From Haliotis rubra (Eukaryota): a stretch of DNA of 64,000 nucleotides. Numbering within the stretch: position 1 is the stretch's first letter; each line of letters starts with the position of its first letter. Under the pieces are notes generated by a model that saw only the letters and a program-made list of their open reading frames with translations, did no database searches and was not told where the DNA came from. The DNA lies in the NCBI RefSeq assembly GCF_003918875.1, contig NW_025766780.1:930001-994000 (forward strand), read 5' to 3'. A program made the translations under genes and the position numbers. Shown here in pieces: positions 25,251-38,377 of this stretch.

Positions 25251-28200
25251 ACAGTTTGGAAATTTTAACTATAAATTGTATATTTATATATATACAATTA
25301 TTATCTCACGATTTGCACTTCTCTCTCTTGCTTCGATGCCGAGTGGAACGAATTAGAACTTTCCCTGTAGACCTCTCTTATCCATACGCCCGTGTTCCCC
25401 AGGCTGCTTTCCTTATAGGACAGGTCCCTGGTCCCATGCTGAGCAAGCAGCATGCTCCCCTATCTACCCACGTGACTACCTCAGAGTGATCATTCTCTTG
25501 TTGGAGCGAATGACAGTTAACTGTAACCGCCGTAATCTGAGTAGCGGGGAGGCTGGGCGGACATACATCGCGTGAGATAGGATAAGTATATAAAAGTACA
25601 AATATACAATTTATAGTTAAAATTTCCACATTTTTAAACTGACCCTATCTCACAATTTGCACTTTATCCCACGGTTGGACGGCGGGTCGCAGATTACACT
25701 AAGCCAAAAAGCACTGACAGTATACACTGTATAGGCTAATGACAACCGTAGATAGCAAAGAACAAGGGAGGCTGGATCCGACTAGCATAGTACCTATACT
25801 AGTGATGGGTTATCCTGAACCCCTTGGCTTACTAGGTACAATCGCTCCCAAGGAGTGGATGCCCCCAGAGCGATGTGGTGTTCGGCCGCAACCCTCGCAT
25901 ACACAAGGGGACGCAACTAGGCGAGTCACCTCGCTTAGTCACGATTTATCAGAGTACCCCCGTAATTAATGTCTTACGACTAGTAATTGGGCCCGCACCG
26001 GCTTCGAGACAGCCCCCCAGACCCCATCACGAATAGGGGAAAAGGAAACTGAATCGGAAAGGTCACAAGTTTAACGTTCAGTACCAGAACACCACCACAT
26101 GGTTTCCACTACTTACCACAGTAAGACCACAACGGTGTGCTGAGGTACTTAGGAACTAGAACACTACGAATTCCAAAAAGAAATCAGGAAGGACTACACT
26201 GACGTGACTGCTCAGTGGAGTGGAGGTCAGCAAGCGAGATTGTCGAACACTTCTACATCGCAAATACAAGAACTAACCACTGTAGATCCGTATAGACACT
26301 AATTGCAATAACCCAATAAAATTGAGTGAAGAGTTCTAATCCCAGAAGAATCGAGAACAAAAATCAGAAATATAATTCAGAATTTTATTCAGTATGTCCA
26401 CGAGAGCAAATGCATAAATGCGCACTGTACTCATCTGTGTTGATGGGCCGACGATAGCTGCTGTGCCAAGACAAGGGGTCGAAACTGGTAGCAAACCCTG
26501 GACGCCAGTGACCGATAAGTACCTCAGATAATGTGAGGAAAACATTGTATCCGAGCACCAAAAGCAGCCCTCCATGATTTGCACAGTTGCTGTGTAAAGC
26601 CATCATAGAAGCTAATGCTCAGGTCTCGTGTGGATTGGATGCTGCTGGGGGTGGCAATCCAGCAAAGGCGTACGCCCTCAGTATGTTACACGCATCCAAA
26701 AGGACAAAGTTGTCCGTGAGACCTCAGCCTTGGATGTAGTAGACAGCGGGATGAATAGCCTCTTACCACGAAGACGGCGGCGCTCTTGGGAGGCATCTAG
26801 GAAGATACGTAGAGCTCTGACAGGGCAGAGAGACAAATCTTCCAACATCATGTGGCCCAAGAATGGTTGACAACGGTGGGATGGTAAACATTCTATCCGG
26901 TTGTCCTGGTAACTGGTTCTTTGCGACAAAGTCCCAACGCAGTCCCAGAAAAACTCTGCCATGACGTTTTCATTCAAAACACACACAATTCACAACCAGT
27001 GCATGTAACTCCGAAATATGAGCTGCAGTAGCTAATGCTACTGGAAAGAAAGTCTTGAACATTATCTGTTCAAACTCCTTATCATGTAGTGGCTCATATT
27101 CACTGGATACCAAGTGACAAATCCCATGCAGGAGGTCTGAACCTCCTAGACTGGTCAGCAAGTCTGAACGAACGCAGCAGATACTGGAGCTCTGGAGTAG
27201 TTGACACCTTGGTTCAAGTAGTCGTGGCAAGAACTGAATTATGGTAGCCAAAAAGGTTGACAATGTAGTTTTTTCGTAGCCCGTAAATGCTGCAGAAATT
27301 CCGCAACAACCTGAGGTGATGCAGTGGTGGGAGAATTAATTCTCCTAATTCCACAGTAATTTCTTCCATTTATCGTCGTACAACGATCGGGTCGATGTCC
27401 TATGCGCAGATGTTATAGCTGTAGCTACTCTGAGAGAGTAACCCTTGGCTATCAGAGATTTCTGTAAATGCGCCATACGTGCAGATAAAGTGTCTGTGAT
27501 GACCCGTGGTACAAATCCGAATGTGGATGATGAAGTAGGTCGTTTCGGGCTTGTAGCGGTACTGGACCAAAAGCAGACGAATCTTGCTGGTTGAAAGTAA
27601 CTTTTGAACTACCTTGGGTAGCAGAGCCGGGGGAGGAAATGCGTAAGCTTTTAGACCCTCCCATGATATGGCTAACGCGTTGTGGTCCCACTCCTGAGGA
27701 TCCGGAATTGGGGACACGAACCATGCGAGCTGATGGTTGTACCAAGTGGCGAATAGATACGGGTAGATCATTGACTGGAATATCAGGGGCAGTAACTTCC
27801 ACTCAGTTGGTGATGGCCGTTTGGGGCGTGACATGGCGTCGGCTATGACATTCCTCGCCCCCGGAATGTGTCGGGCTCTGGCCATAACGTTGAGAGAATC
27901 GATTAGATGGTAAAATCAAAACGTCCACTGGAGCAGAGCTGCCGAACCTGTCAAGCCTTGATGATTGATGTACCATACTACTGTCGAGTTGTCTGATTGA
28001 ATCAGTAGATGGGACAACCGGAGTTCTGCCGCCCAATGCTGAATGTCGAGAATGACAACACTAAATTCCAACGTTGATGTGAAGGGCCTTTTCTGCAGAT
28101 GACCACTGCCCGGCCACTTGATGATGAATCACTCTTATGCCCTTAAGAACAAGGATTTATCTACCATTACTCTACCTCCTCGTCCATGCTTATTACAGTT

Positions 28201-28712
28201 AGTAGTAGTACAATGGGGATTCTGCATCACTTTGTGTTGTAAGGGTTATATTTGTGTCTGAATCCGCTCCCATCGATGATGAAAAATGGGTGTGTTGTCT
28301 GTGTGACTATCGTTGGATATGTCCTTGTTTAAAAAATAAAAAAATAAAAAAATGTTTCCTACAGGGATTCAGGCGCCAAAACTCAATATCCAAAGTCCAG
28401 CATGTCCCCTTTACACCAGCAGAGCCAGCGTCCTTGTTTTACATGTAGTCCTTATATTGAGTGACGATTTTATGGATGGGGTCTGTCATAAATTCCTCGA
28501 AGAAGGCTAAGGAGTAGGTCAAGTACGGGTCGGTGCGGTATCGGGTTTCGAGGCTATAATTGACTAAAGTATCCATGAGACGCTGTAACCGTTCGGTACC
28601 CACGAGACCTAAACTATCGTACAGGGTGGTGAATATCGAGCCCATGGACGTCTGAAATACCATTTCTCGATCAATGTTCACATGATGATGATAGCTATAT
28701 ATAGACGTATCT

Positions 28713-29691
28713 TTAATAAGGCGGTAATACCGTGTCGTCAGGGGTGATTTGCAATTCCTCTCTGACGAATCCCCTACCTGGCCCCTCTTTCAAGTAGTAC
28801 AAATGGGGTTCATCTTCTTTAATATCCATCCGATCGATAAGATACGTTTTAACGGACCATACAGGGTCTGTGGCACAACATTTATCCCCTCCTTCGAGTT
28901 CACCGGGCTGGTACAGATACCTCACGACAACCCGGTCTGGTAGTTTTTTCTTTTTTCCGTGATGTGATGGTGCAGCTGATTCAGTCGTGACGGATTTCAT
29001 TTTTATGGCTCCAACAGGTCTTTTATCGATGAGTCTAGTGACTTCGTTGTTGATTGCCGACACCACTCGCGGTAAGCGCACAACCCAACCCATTCCATAT
29101 TTCTGCTTCCGGGGTTTACCATCTCTTGGGCATACTGATGTCCAAACAAATGCTCAGCTAAAGTCCTGTTAAATCTTTCGACGATGGCTTGGCTTCGGTG
29201 AGCTCCGGCCACGCCTGTCTCACCTGGATTTGGTGTTTCGACAACAGCTGTGATACAGCTCCCATGAACTCGCGTCCAGGATCGACTTGTAATTCGGTCA
29301 GCCAGGTCAAGCGATTGCGTTTGTAGATGCATTCTAAGGCCTTAGCGACTAGACTCGAATCTTTGGTCATTAACGGCTCCGCTTCCTTATAGCAACTGGC
29401 AACGTCCACGATGGTCAAAGCATACTTATACGTTTTGTTTCTCACCCTATCATGCGGTAGAAACAGGAGGTCGGCTTGATGGGTACGATTGGGTATTGAA
29501 ATGTCAAACTTTCTTCTCGGGATATATCGGGGAGCCGGCAGGTAAACTTGCCAGATAGCTTGTTTTTTAAGCCGAGCTTTGGCGGTATCCTCGGAGACTT
29601 GAGCGGCTTGGCTAGCTTCGGGATGGCACCCACACCTTTCCAGGAACCCCGAGGGCTGTAGTAAACCTTCTCTATGATTCATGTAGTTCAA
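28713..29691 (-). pseudogene. Polinton-type rve integrase, frameshifted
   Basis: HQADLLFLPHD...YALTIVDVAS, LQVDPGREFMG and QAIVERFNRTLAE give the D-D-E residues across three ORF pieces. Confidence 0.88.
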
Positions 29692-29810
29692 GCTATTGTC
29701 CGTTCAATTGTTGTTTTTTTCGCTAGGGACATAATAGACTGTCTAGTCCTCAACGTGCCGAGTGGAGTTTCATATATAGGGGGGTCTTAAAACTCCCAAC
29801 TCGTCAAGGT

Positions 29811-30975
29811 CTAGACAGACTGTTGGTATCCATAGCCATAAGTGTGGATACCATCGTTTGAAATCCATCGTTTGGTATCCATGGGCAACAGAGACGTTTT
29901 GTTTAGAGTGATTCCGTAGATTTTGTGTTTATCACTTCTCAACGCATTCATTTGGTGTTTGAACGTGCGTTTATCGAAGAGAGCCTGTTTGAAGAGGGTG
30001 TGCTTGATGTGCTGTTTCACCACGTATTTCTTGACCCTTTTGGATTTTTTGATTTCGTCGTCGGCTTTCTTGATGGAATACATTTTAGGTCTTAATCCGA
30101 CGTATTCCGTGATGGGTGTCCCAGCACATTCGTCTTTCATCTTGCCGAGGACCTTTTTATTGGTCGTATTGTGCAGGGCGTGGTCTTGGGGGTAATCACT
30201 CGTATCGTACAGGTGGATGTGTTTTGCCATGTCCTCGTAGACGTCCTCCGTATGCATTTCAAATCCACTTCGAACAGGTATCCTATCTCGAAGTTTTCGG
30301 GGATAGCAATAATGTTTTTCGCATTAAAATTTTCTAAGTTAAAGCATTCGAACCCCCCTGTGGGCAGATACTGACTCATAGCCCAGCCATACAAATTGTT
30401 GGCATCGAGGAAGAGGATGTGGTTGGAGGGTTTACTCCAATCGTAGCCTTCGACGTATGGGTTGCTGGCTTTAGCTTAGCGTTTGGAGACCACCGAGATC
30501 CCGCCGCGCATTCCTTTCTCGATAAACAGGTGCATGTCGTAATCCGTTAACAATTCCAATTTAACTCTGTTTTTATTTTAACAAGGCATCCCACGAGAGA
30601 CTGAGGCCTAGTTTCTCCCACATGTTATGAGCGTGAGTCGGTTAAGATGCTGTAAAAGCAGTCGATGGGAGGTAATCGTGTCTCCTCGAACTTAGACCAA
30701 TCGTCCATGTACTCATACAGGTACACCCCCTTTTTTAACAGCAGATGTCGAGTCGCTGCGTCGGTGTATCGATGGGTGATGGTGAAGGTATCATTTGCCT
30801 TCACCAAACTGTCGAGCGATGACAGGAGAGATTGAGCACTATCGATAAATCTCAGACTGTTGAGTGAGAAGGAAATGTATTTTTCCATGTTGTTGGGGAT
30901 GCACGTTAACTTGCCCTCAATCTTCGAGATGGCCTGCATGATCAGTTGGGCATCATAACCTCCCGGGGAATCATG
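29811..30975 (-). pseudogene. Protein-primed family B DNA polymerase, internally deleted
   Basis: GYDAQLIM, LRFIDS, KGVYLYEYMD, GMRGGIS, LDANNLYGWAMSQYLP, NKKVLGKMKDE, GLRPKMYS. The central part and N-terminus are missing. Confidence 0.9.
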
Positions 30976-30989
30976 AGCGGTGAGCCCGT

Positions 30990-31600
30990 TCAACTGTTAC
31001 ACGCGATCGATAATACGTCGGGACGACTCGAAGTCGCTCTCTGCAATCTCGTGTATTACCCACGATGGTCGAAAATCAGTCAATCTAGAGGGAACAACAG
31101 GCTATACATCGATAGCAAACGCCATGATTTGTCCGACGGTTATTACAGTGATTGTACGCTGAAAGATGACATTTTCAAACCCATTGGAGCCCATCTCAAA
31201 CTCAACGAATCGAATGGCACGCTGACGTTAACGGACGGGGGAAAAACCCATTCGACTCGGTAGACCCTTGGCGAGAACTCTCGGGTTGTCGTCGAACGAA
31301 ATACGACCACGAGACACAGTAACGGGCTGGAAATTACCGAGCCTCGTGGTCTGTCACGAGGTGTTTGTTCATCTCGATCGGGTAAGCACGACCGATAATA
31401 TTCAAGGCGAACGCCCTTCCACGCTGCTAAGAGCCATGCCGGTGAAAACAGAAGAGTGCAACGACGGTCGTTTTCTACCCTGCAGTACAAAAAGTTAACG
31501 CAGGGCATGATCACGGAATTGAAAATTATCCATTTTAGATATAAAACATAAACCGGTGTATATGGAATATCTTAGCGTCACACTGCACGTAAAACAATGA
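30990..31600 (+). pseudogene. Probable minor capsid (penton-like) protein of the Polinton/adintovirus
   Basis: GRLEVALCNLVYYPRW...DGYY...VFVHLDRVSTTDNIQGERPSTLLRAMPV...QYKKL...VTLHVK has the pattern of Polinton single jelly-roll minor capsids. Frameshifted. Confidence 0.6.
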
Positions 31601-32229
31601 CTCAAGTTTCTGGTCCTGGAACAACCATGCGCCTGAGAAAATGCCCTACCATCGCGATCTTCGATCTCAGGGACACGCGAGGATTCGATGAACCCGGTGT
31701 CGAAGGCAAGTTATACGCCTTAGAATTAAGAAACAACGTTTACAGGCGAACGGAAGTGAGCGGTGGTGGTAACCTAGGAGATTTAGACGATGTCATAACC
31801 GGAGGTCTCATAAAAAACATGCAGTACAATCTCGTCCTCAACGACAATAACACGATTTATATATAGAGAGACGTCAACGCTTATGCGAGTCTCAACGGGG
31901 TGACTCACAATATATATTTTACCTCCAAAAAATCCATCTCATCAGCTTAAAGTTTACGCACGAAAAATTGTCGGAAAACCAATTGAAGGCTCTTCCCTAA
32001 TACAAGTATAACCATGGGTGACGTTTCAAACCTGAGTTCACAGGCCACCACTGCGTTCTCAGATCTCGAGGACACGCGAGGATTCGACCAACCCGGTACG
32101 GAAAACACCTTATACGTATTGCACTTACAAAACAACGTGTACCAACGACGCGAAGTGATCATCGAATCTCAGTTGAACTGGATTATTAATCTTGTCCTGA
32201 CCTACCCTGGATTATTAATCTTGTCCTGA
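31597..32229 (+). pseudogene. Viral protein with an internally duplicated ~35-aa module
   Basis: DLRDTRGFDEPGVEGKLYALELRNNVYRRTEV (31597 ORF) and DLEDTRGFDQPGTENTLYVLHLQNNVYQRREV (32014 ORF). Confidence 0.55.
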
Positions 32230-32239
32230 CCTACCCCCT

Positions 32240-32760
32240 ATGTTTCGTTTGCGCCAAATCAGCGAGATCAGACGTCAACTGGAACAAGAATGCAACTTGC
32301 GGATCGGATTACACAAAAAATACCATAGGGCCACTAATGCTCTGGACGGTGTTGACACTGCCCTGATAGTAGCCAGCATGTGACTTGGCGCGGCTGGCGT
32401 CGGCTTAATATCGACCATTATAGCCGCCCCCGTCGTCCTCGGGTTAGAAATAACAGCCGGGATATCGGGACTGGTGGGAGTAGCCCTTAAATTCATTTCA
32501 CGTCAGCTTCAACGTAAAGCATTTAAAACACAATGAAATCAGGCTTCTAGCCGAAGCGAAGTTAAACACGATCGATGATCATATCCCGACAGCGATCTCT
32601 GATAGCAAAATCTCCGAGGAAGAGTTTCGTCTGGTGATGTATGAAATCGCCAAATACCACAGAATGAAACAGGAGATTCGAACCAAGTCTAGGAAAACCG
32701 CTGACATCAGCGAAGAGGAGAAAAAAAAAGTTGATAGAACAAGGCTGACAGCAAATCATT
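32240..32760 (+). pseudogene. Adintovirus-type two-helix membrane protein (GasderminX-like)
   Basis: KKYHRATNALDGVDTAL...GVGLISTIIAAPVVLGLEITAG...KHNEIRLLAEAKLNTI...AISDSKISEEEFRLV; one stop and frameshifts. Confidence 0.6.
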
Positions 32761-32802
32761 CAAACCTTCCTTACCAAGAACATAGATCTCATCAAAGATT
32801 AA

Positions 32803-35800
32803 CTCTTTCAACACCAGTCAACCAAAGGCTTTTACTGCCATGACACCGAGTTCCCAGAGACTCTGAGGTCATAGATGGAGCATATGTTTATCAAGGAAAA
32901 TATCAGCTTGTAAAACATTATTGCTTCTACATAGCATACACCATTTGAAAGGTCTAATCCTACTGTTTATAAATATGAAATTTATTTTTGATCATATTAT
33001 CCAAATAATCCAACTTCAACGTAAATAATTAAATTTTTAATGAAAATGCAAGCTTAAAAATTTATAATGTCCAGATAATCCACGAAGGGAGCAAAAAATG
33101 CGGCAATTTTTTCCATTTGTAACATGTCATAATATCCCCTTAACCTTTTCTTCTATAATTCATTTTTACGTAATCGGAAAATTATTTTAACTCATTAAGC
33201 CCGAGAGCCCCATCACTACTCAACACCTGGAAGCCCTCGCTGATTGCCCACTCTCTGTGCCGAGACTAATTAGTGCTAGTCACACCTGATTTCCCTGGCA
33301 GGTTTCGGGGATCACAGGAAACTGTCTAGTCGTACAAACAAGTCCTGATTGTTTAATTGTGTCGTAAAGATACATGTTGAAAGAAATCAGGTGTGAATAC
33401 ATGTCGTGTATTGCAAGCTTTATGTAATTTTATTGCAAGTTTCTCTTGTAGACCTTTTGTCGGCTTGTACATTTATATTTTATCACAATATGCATACACA
33501 TGTATTCTTTGTATGTAACAGATGAGACACACGTTAACAAATTCTCTCTCTTATATCATTGTGTGAGGTTTAAATTTACAAAACATCTATGACAATGACA
33601 TACTGTAAAGAAGAATTTACTTTCATACTTTATAATCTTGGACGAATATAGTGGTTTTGCCGATACATTTCTAGTGTTTACGAATTATTTTAATGAAAGT
33701 ACTTTAACGCTAGTCTTTGACTAGCACAAAGCACATTCATAGCATTGCACTTTATTTCATACAGATTTAATGCAGAAAACATACGTGACCATACAAACAT
33801 ACATATACAAAATGTATACTACATATTCCTTGCATAGACATAAAACAAAGAGTCACGTGATAGGGCGTCATCAAATTTCCCGAATAGAACGTTCGGTATC
33901 TCAACTGTTCAATGAAGTGGCTGGTCATATGTTATCTGCGACCAATCGTATCATGAGATACCTGTCACAGAGGAAAGGACAGGTGATGGGGCGTGGGCGA
34001 AATTTCTGTAGAGCACGTTTGGTCACTCAGCAGCTTGGATAGAGATTGGTTATTGGCTATATCCATGACCAGTCGATATGCTGGGTTTCGGCTTTATCAA
34101 CTCAAGCTATCATGTAACAGTTTGGGGATTGTAAACATACACACTGGTAACGATGTATGAAATATACACATAAGACAAATAGGAGTAGATAGTCACTTTG
34201 GCGAGTTTATTTGTCCTCATTTTAGTGTTTTTCGATAAGTAAAACAAAGCGATTGAAATCCAATCACTGAGTAGAGGTAGTATTTATTTTCATATACATT
34301 TTATGCACACAACTAGTACATAAAACATAATGGTTTGCTGCACATGTAAATATAATCTTCACCTTGATACGAATGACTATCCAAACTAGAGTACACGCAT
34401 TACAAAATCCACGAGGTGACACTATACTGAATTATTATAGTGTATAAACTTGCAGTTGACACCCCCCACCCCCAATATTTATGAAGGTGGGCGTGCCTAT
34501 ATCTTTACTGAATGCAAACGAGGTTCATAAGATTACAGATGTGCATGCATGTATAAACATCACAGAGAGGGGCGTGACTCCATAAAGCAAGATGTCCAAT
34601 GATATAACAGCGCGCATCTGTTTATTTTACACTTGTCACGGGACAAACCTTTCAACAAGGACGTAACTACATATGCATTCTACCGGAGGCTGTTATTTCA
34701 AGGTGGAAAGAGGCTTTCAATTATCTCATTACTGTAATCTGCTTGAATGATTATACGCATGTGTATCGATACCGTAACTGATATACTATCCAGCTTTTAT
34801 TGACGATAGATCAATAGAGACTGAGTTGATTGATACACGTGATAATTGCACCGGATTGGATAATTACACAGATCAAATACAAACGTTTTACAGAATGCTC
34901 ATGTAAATTGCATAGAAAACTGACAATTCAAATCAACATGAAACTTTCAACAGCTTGAACAAAAATGCTTGAAATACCTCTGTATGGCTTACATGTAATA
35001 ACTTATGATACTACTTCTGTCCATGTGTGACAATGTTTTGAATTACCAACTTACTGTCTTTTGTAACAAACGTAGTAAAAGATTTCATTGTTGTAATAAC
35101 ACTGACATGTATATATGTATTCGCTGCAAAGGCGCGTCTTATCAATTTATATTCGCTTAGGTAACATTACAAACTTTAGATTATGGAAAACAACTAGTTA
35201 CAATTCAGTAAACTTCAAATTAGTAAGTTCAATTATGTTTAATCTATTGGAGCTTGGATGTATAATTACTTGTGTTTAATGTTTAACGTAATGATGCCTA
35301 AAAAGTAAATTCAAACTATTCTATTGTGTTTGAATTCTTTGTATGTCCTTGAAATTTCGTATATTGTTTCCTATTTATTAGGTAGTTGAAGGAAATATAA
35401 TTTTTAGTAACCTCTAAAACATTACATTTAATTCAATCAAGGTGCATACGAAGTATTTTAGTATCCATTCACAAGGAAGAGTACCAGGCACTTACCTCTG
35501 TAAAAACATCATAATCCCCTTGCTCGCCGACATGCGTTTATTTGCTAAACGCTGTATAAGCCTATGATAATGATTAGCAATTGTTATCAAAACACTTTAA
35601 ATACTTCTTCTGATTGATACTAAAGGTGGGATCTCTCGTAAGAAAAGCTAACATTTGCTCAGTACTGCTAAATTGGTTGAAATAATAGGTACAGTGCGAT
35701 TTTTAAAAGTGCAACACACATGTGCGTCTTTTGCTGAATAAGAGGTGCTTTCTGTTGACAACTGTATGTGGCTCTCGCTGTGAGAAACTGCTAATTACCT

Positions 35801-36360
35801 GCCCCATAAACACGTCACTCGCTGTGAGGAGCTGATTAATTTGCCCTATATATGCGTCTCTCGGCCTTAATGAGTTAAAAAAGATTTCTCAAATAATATG
35901 TATGGTCGTCTATTTCCCGATATCAGCGACTTTCCGCTTGGTTACATGATACAACAGTGGGAAATACCTGTGTTTTCGAAGCTTCGTATGAATAACATGT
36001 GAGGCGATTCGTTTGATGGCGGGTATCGTTCGCAAGCTCTGAACATCAACAATATCACTGTACCCTTGCCAAGAGTATTTTCACAGTTGTAAGAAGTGAT
36101 TTTATTGGATAAAAATTGGTTTCTAATGACTCTTTTTCGCCATAGTCTGATATAAGCATCGTGATTAGTCAAAATCTTACACGTGACCTAAGGCAGCCAA
36201 TCATATTACAGCAATGTATACCGTCCTCATTAACGAAAATTAATGCTTAAAACGAAAGTTTTGGGTAAAATCACGCTATTCTGAACGTGTTACGCAATAA
36301 ATCACCACCTATACGTATATTATGGAGCTTAGTGGACCTATCGTCCTAGGTTATGACCTG
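32803..36360. mobile_element. Non-coding TTAA-anchored repeat (piggyBac-like end), copy 1
   Basis: Begins TTAA|CTCTTTCAACACCAGTC. It is colinear with 40702-41472 once the 33191-35874 insert is removed. The other terminus was not found. Confidence 0.7.
33191..35874. mobile_element. Non-autonomous TTAA-specific (piggyBac-like) element
   Basis: TIR CTCATTAAGCCCGAGA / TCTCGGCCTTAATGAG with TTAA on both sides. The empty site is present in the paralog near 41085. Confidence 0.9.
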
Positions 36361-37646
36361 TGACTAAAATGCTTCATGCATATATTTTACCATTCAACAT
36401 TGTGTCCGAGCGCGAAGTTTGAGGCGACGAAAGCCCAGATGTCACTTGAATTACAATACACGATTGCTCAAAAAGATGGAAATAGTAAGTTATAATGTAC
36501 GTTTGACAACTTTTATGAGCACTGTTGTGGGTTTTATTCTTCAGTTTATTCAGTTTGTTTAATTATTTTCTCGAAACATTGTTACTTTGCTCTTTGACAA
36601 CTTTGCTGTGGACCCTTGCCAAAGCATGTGTCCGAGAAAGGTATTTTCCAATAACATTGCGAAAAAATAGTTCTTAATTTTAATGCTGTCGATAATATAT
36701 GGTCATTTGAAATTTAATAAGCTTTTTCAGACATTGTGAAAAGTGATAGATTTAATAAAACAATTATATGTTAGTTAGGTTCCTAAAATTATAGATCATT
36801 TTGATGCGACTACTGCCTGGCCGTTGAACTGTTTTGTAGATATTAACATAGAAAGATAGAAAGGTTCAAAAAGTAGCAAAACGTCCCCAGCAGCCACAAT
36901 CCATGATTTTAGAATCGGTTTTCATCAGCTTGGAAGGCGCATTAGCTATTTATAGCTCTAATGCACTGACACCAGCAGAGCCAGTCTGCTGGTGTAAAGG
37001 GGACAAGCTGGACTTCGGATATTGAGTTTTGGCATTCGAATCCCTGTAGAAAACATTTTTTTTATCATTTTTTTTAAAACAAGGACGCATCCAACGATAG
37101 TCACACAGACAACACCCCATTTTTTATCATCGATGAGGGGGATTCAGACACAAGTAACCCCTACAACAAAATGATGCAGAATCCCCATTGTACTACTACT
37201 AACTGTAATAAGCATGGACGAGGAGGTAGAGTAATGGTAGATAAATCCTTGTTCTTAAGGGCATAAGAGTGATTCAGGTCATTTAGTGATCTGCTCAAGG
37301 GAAGCTGTAACTTTTCAACAATCTATGCTTGGACATGACATGGCTCAACCACATCATAACTACCCTCCGGGGTAGAAATGTCCGAACGCCCAGGAGGCGG
37401 CAAAGGGATGTTCGCCTGAGATGAGACAACCAGTCGGCTAGCCGAGGCAGCAGGTTCTGATTGCAAATAGCATCCAGCCTGGCATTGATTCCAAGCAGCC
37501 GTAATTGTAGCAGCATGGTGTCCAAGTCCAGCGTCAATGTGGATTCCTGTGCTGGATTCCAAGATTCAGATGTCATGCGAGATCCAGAAGGTTATATCGA
37601 TGCGTGAGACACCCCTGGATCCGAAATAGGTTCATGCCTAGAGGTA

Positions 37647-38377
37647 TAGTTTGGCATGAAATGCATGTGGACCCGTTTTTTGTAAATATCTCTTCATCCA
37701 ATGACCCAATCGATCTCAAACTGTGCAAGTAGATGTTTTGTCAGACAACCTAATCACATTGTAAATCACCGTTTTTATGCATTTGTATTAAAGAATCTGT
37801 CTATGTAACTGTCAACAAAATAAACAGCAGACCGCAGACTGCTTGCAGAGGGAGGGAGCCAATGACCTGTAACAGCAGCAGTGTTGGGTCATAAAGGTCA
37901 ACGTTCGTCAATGTAGGTCAGCTATGTACGTTTCATGTAATCCGACACCTTATAAATCTGTTTGCTACGTTTGCTCTCTTTTTAAAAAAAATTCAACACA
38001 TTTCTAATTAAACGTTTAGCATCATCTGAATAAGCTTTCATGATGACAGCTAGAAGTAGTCAATGTGAATGATCCAAACGGTCTATCACTGTGCAGTGCA
38101 TAGGTAACTATCATGAACTGCACGTGCATTTACCTTTATGACCTAACACTGCCGCTGTTACAGGTCATTGGCCCCCTCCCTCTGCAAGCAGTCTGCTGTT
38201 TATTTTGTTGACAGTTACATAGACAGATTCTTTAATACAAATGCATAAAATCGGTGATTTACAATGTGATTAGGTTGTCTGACAAAACATCCACTTGCAC
38301 AGTTTGAGATCGATTGGGTCATTTGATGAAGAGATATTTACAAAAAAACGGGTCCACATGCATTTCATGCCAAACTA
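37647..38377. mobile_element. Fold-back MITE with ~250-bp TIRs and TAG...CTA ends
   Basis: 37647-37899 is the reverse complement of 38132-38377, with TA on both flanks. The TAG/CTA ends recall Academ, but the superfamily is unresolved. Confidence 0.85.

Larger units (their letters stand above)
28441..32790. mobile_element. Polinton/Maverick (adintovirus-like) endogenous viral fragment
   Basis: Adjacent retroviral-type integrase, protein-primed PolB, minor-capsid-like and membrane-protein genes in a compact, intronless, CpG-rich segment. Confidence 0.88.
28130..37271. mobile_element. Long-TIR (~290 bp) hairpin MITE with CAC...GTG ends (CMC/EnSpm-like) carrying an 8.5-kb cargo
   Basis: 28130-28423 is the reverse complement of 36985-37271, with AT on both flanks. 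The inverted match extends 5 bp further, so the exact ends and superfamily are uncertain. Confidence 0.8.
25257..37615 (-). mobile_element. DIRS (family A) relic split by the 28130-37271 insertion
   Basis: 3' ITR and ICR (25257-25665), YR (LCPVRALRIFL...KRLFIP; LATAAHISELHAL) and RNase H/MTase (ARHIPGARNVIADAMSR...AYAFPP). Element-like sequence resumes at 37272-37615. Confidence 0.85.
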
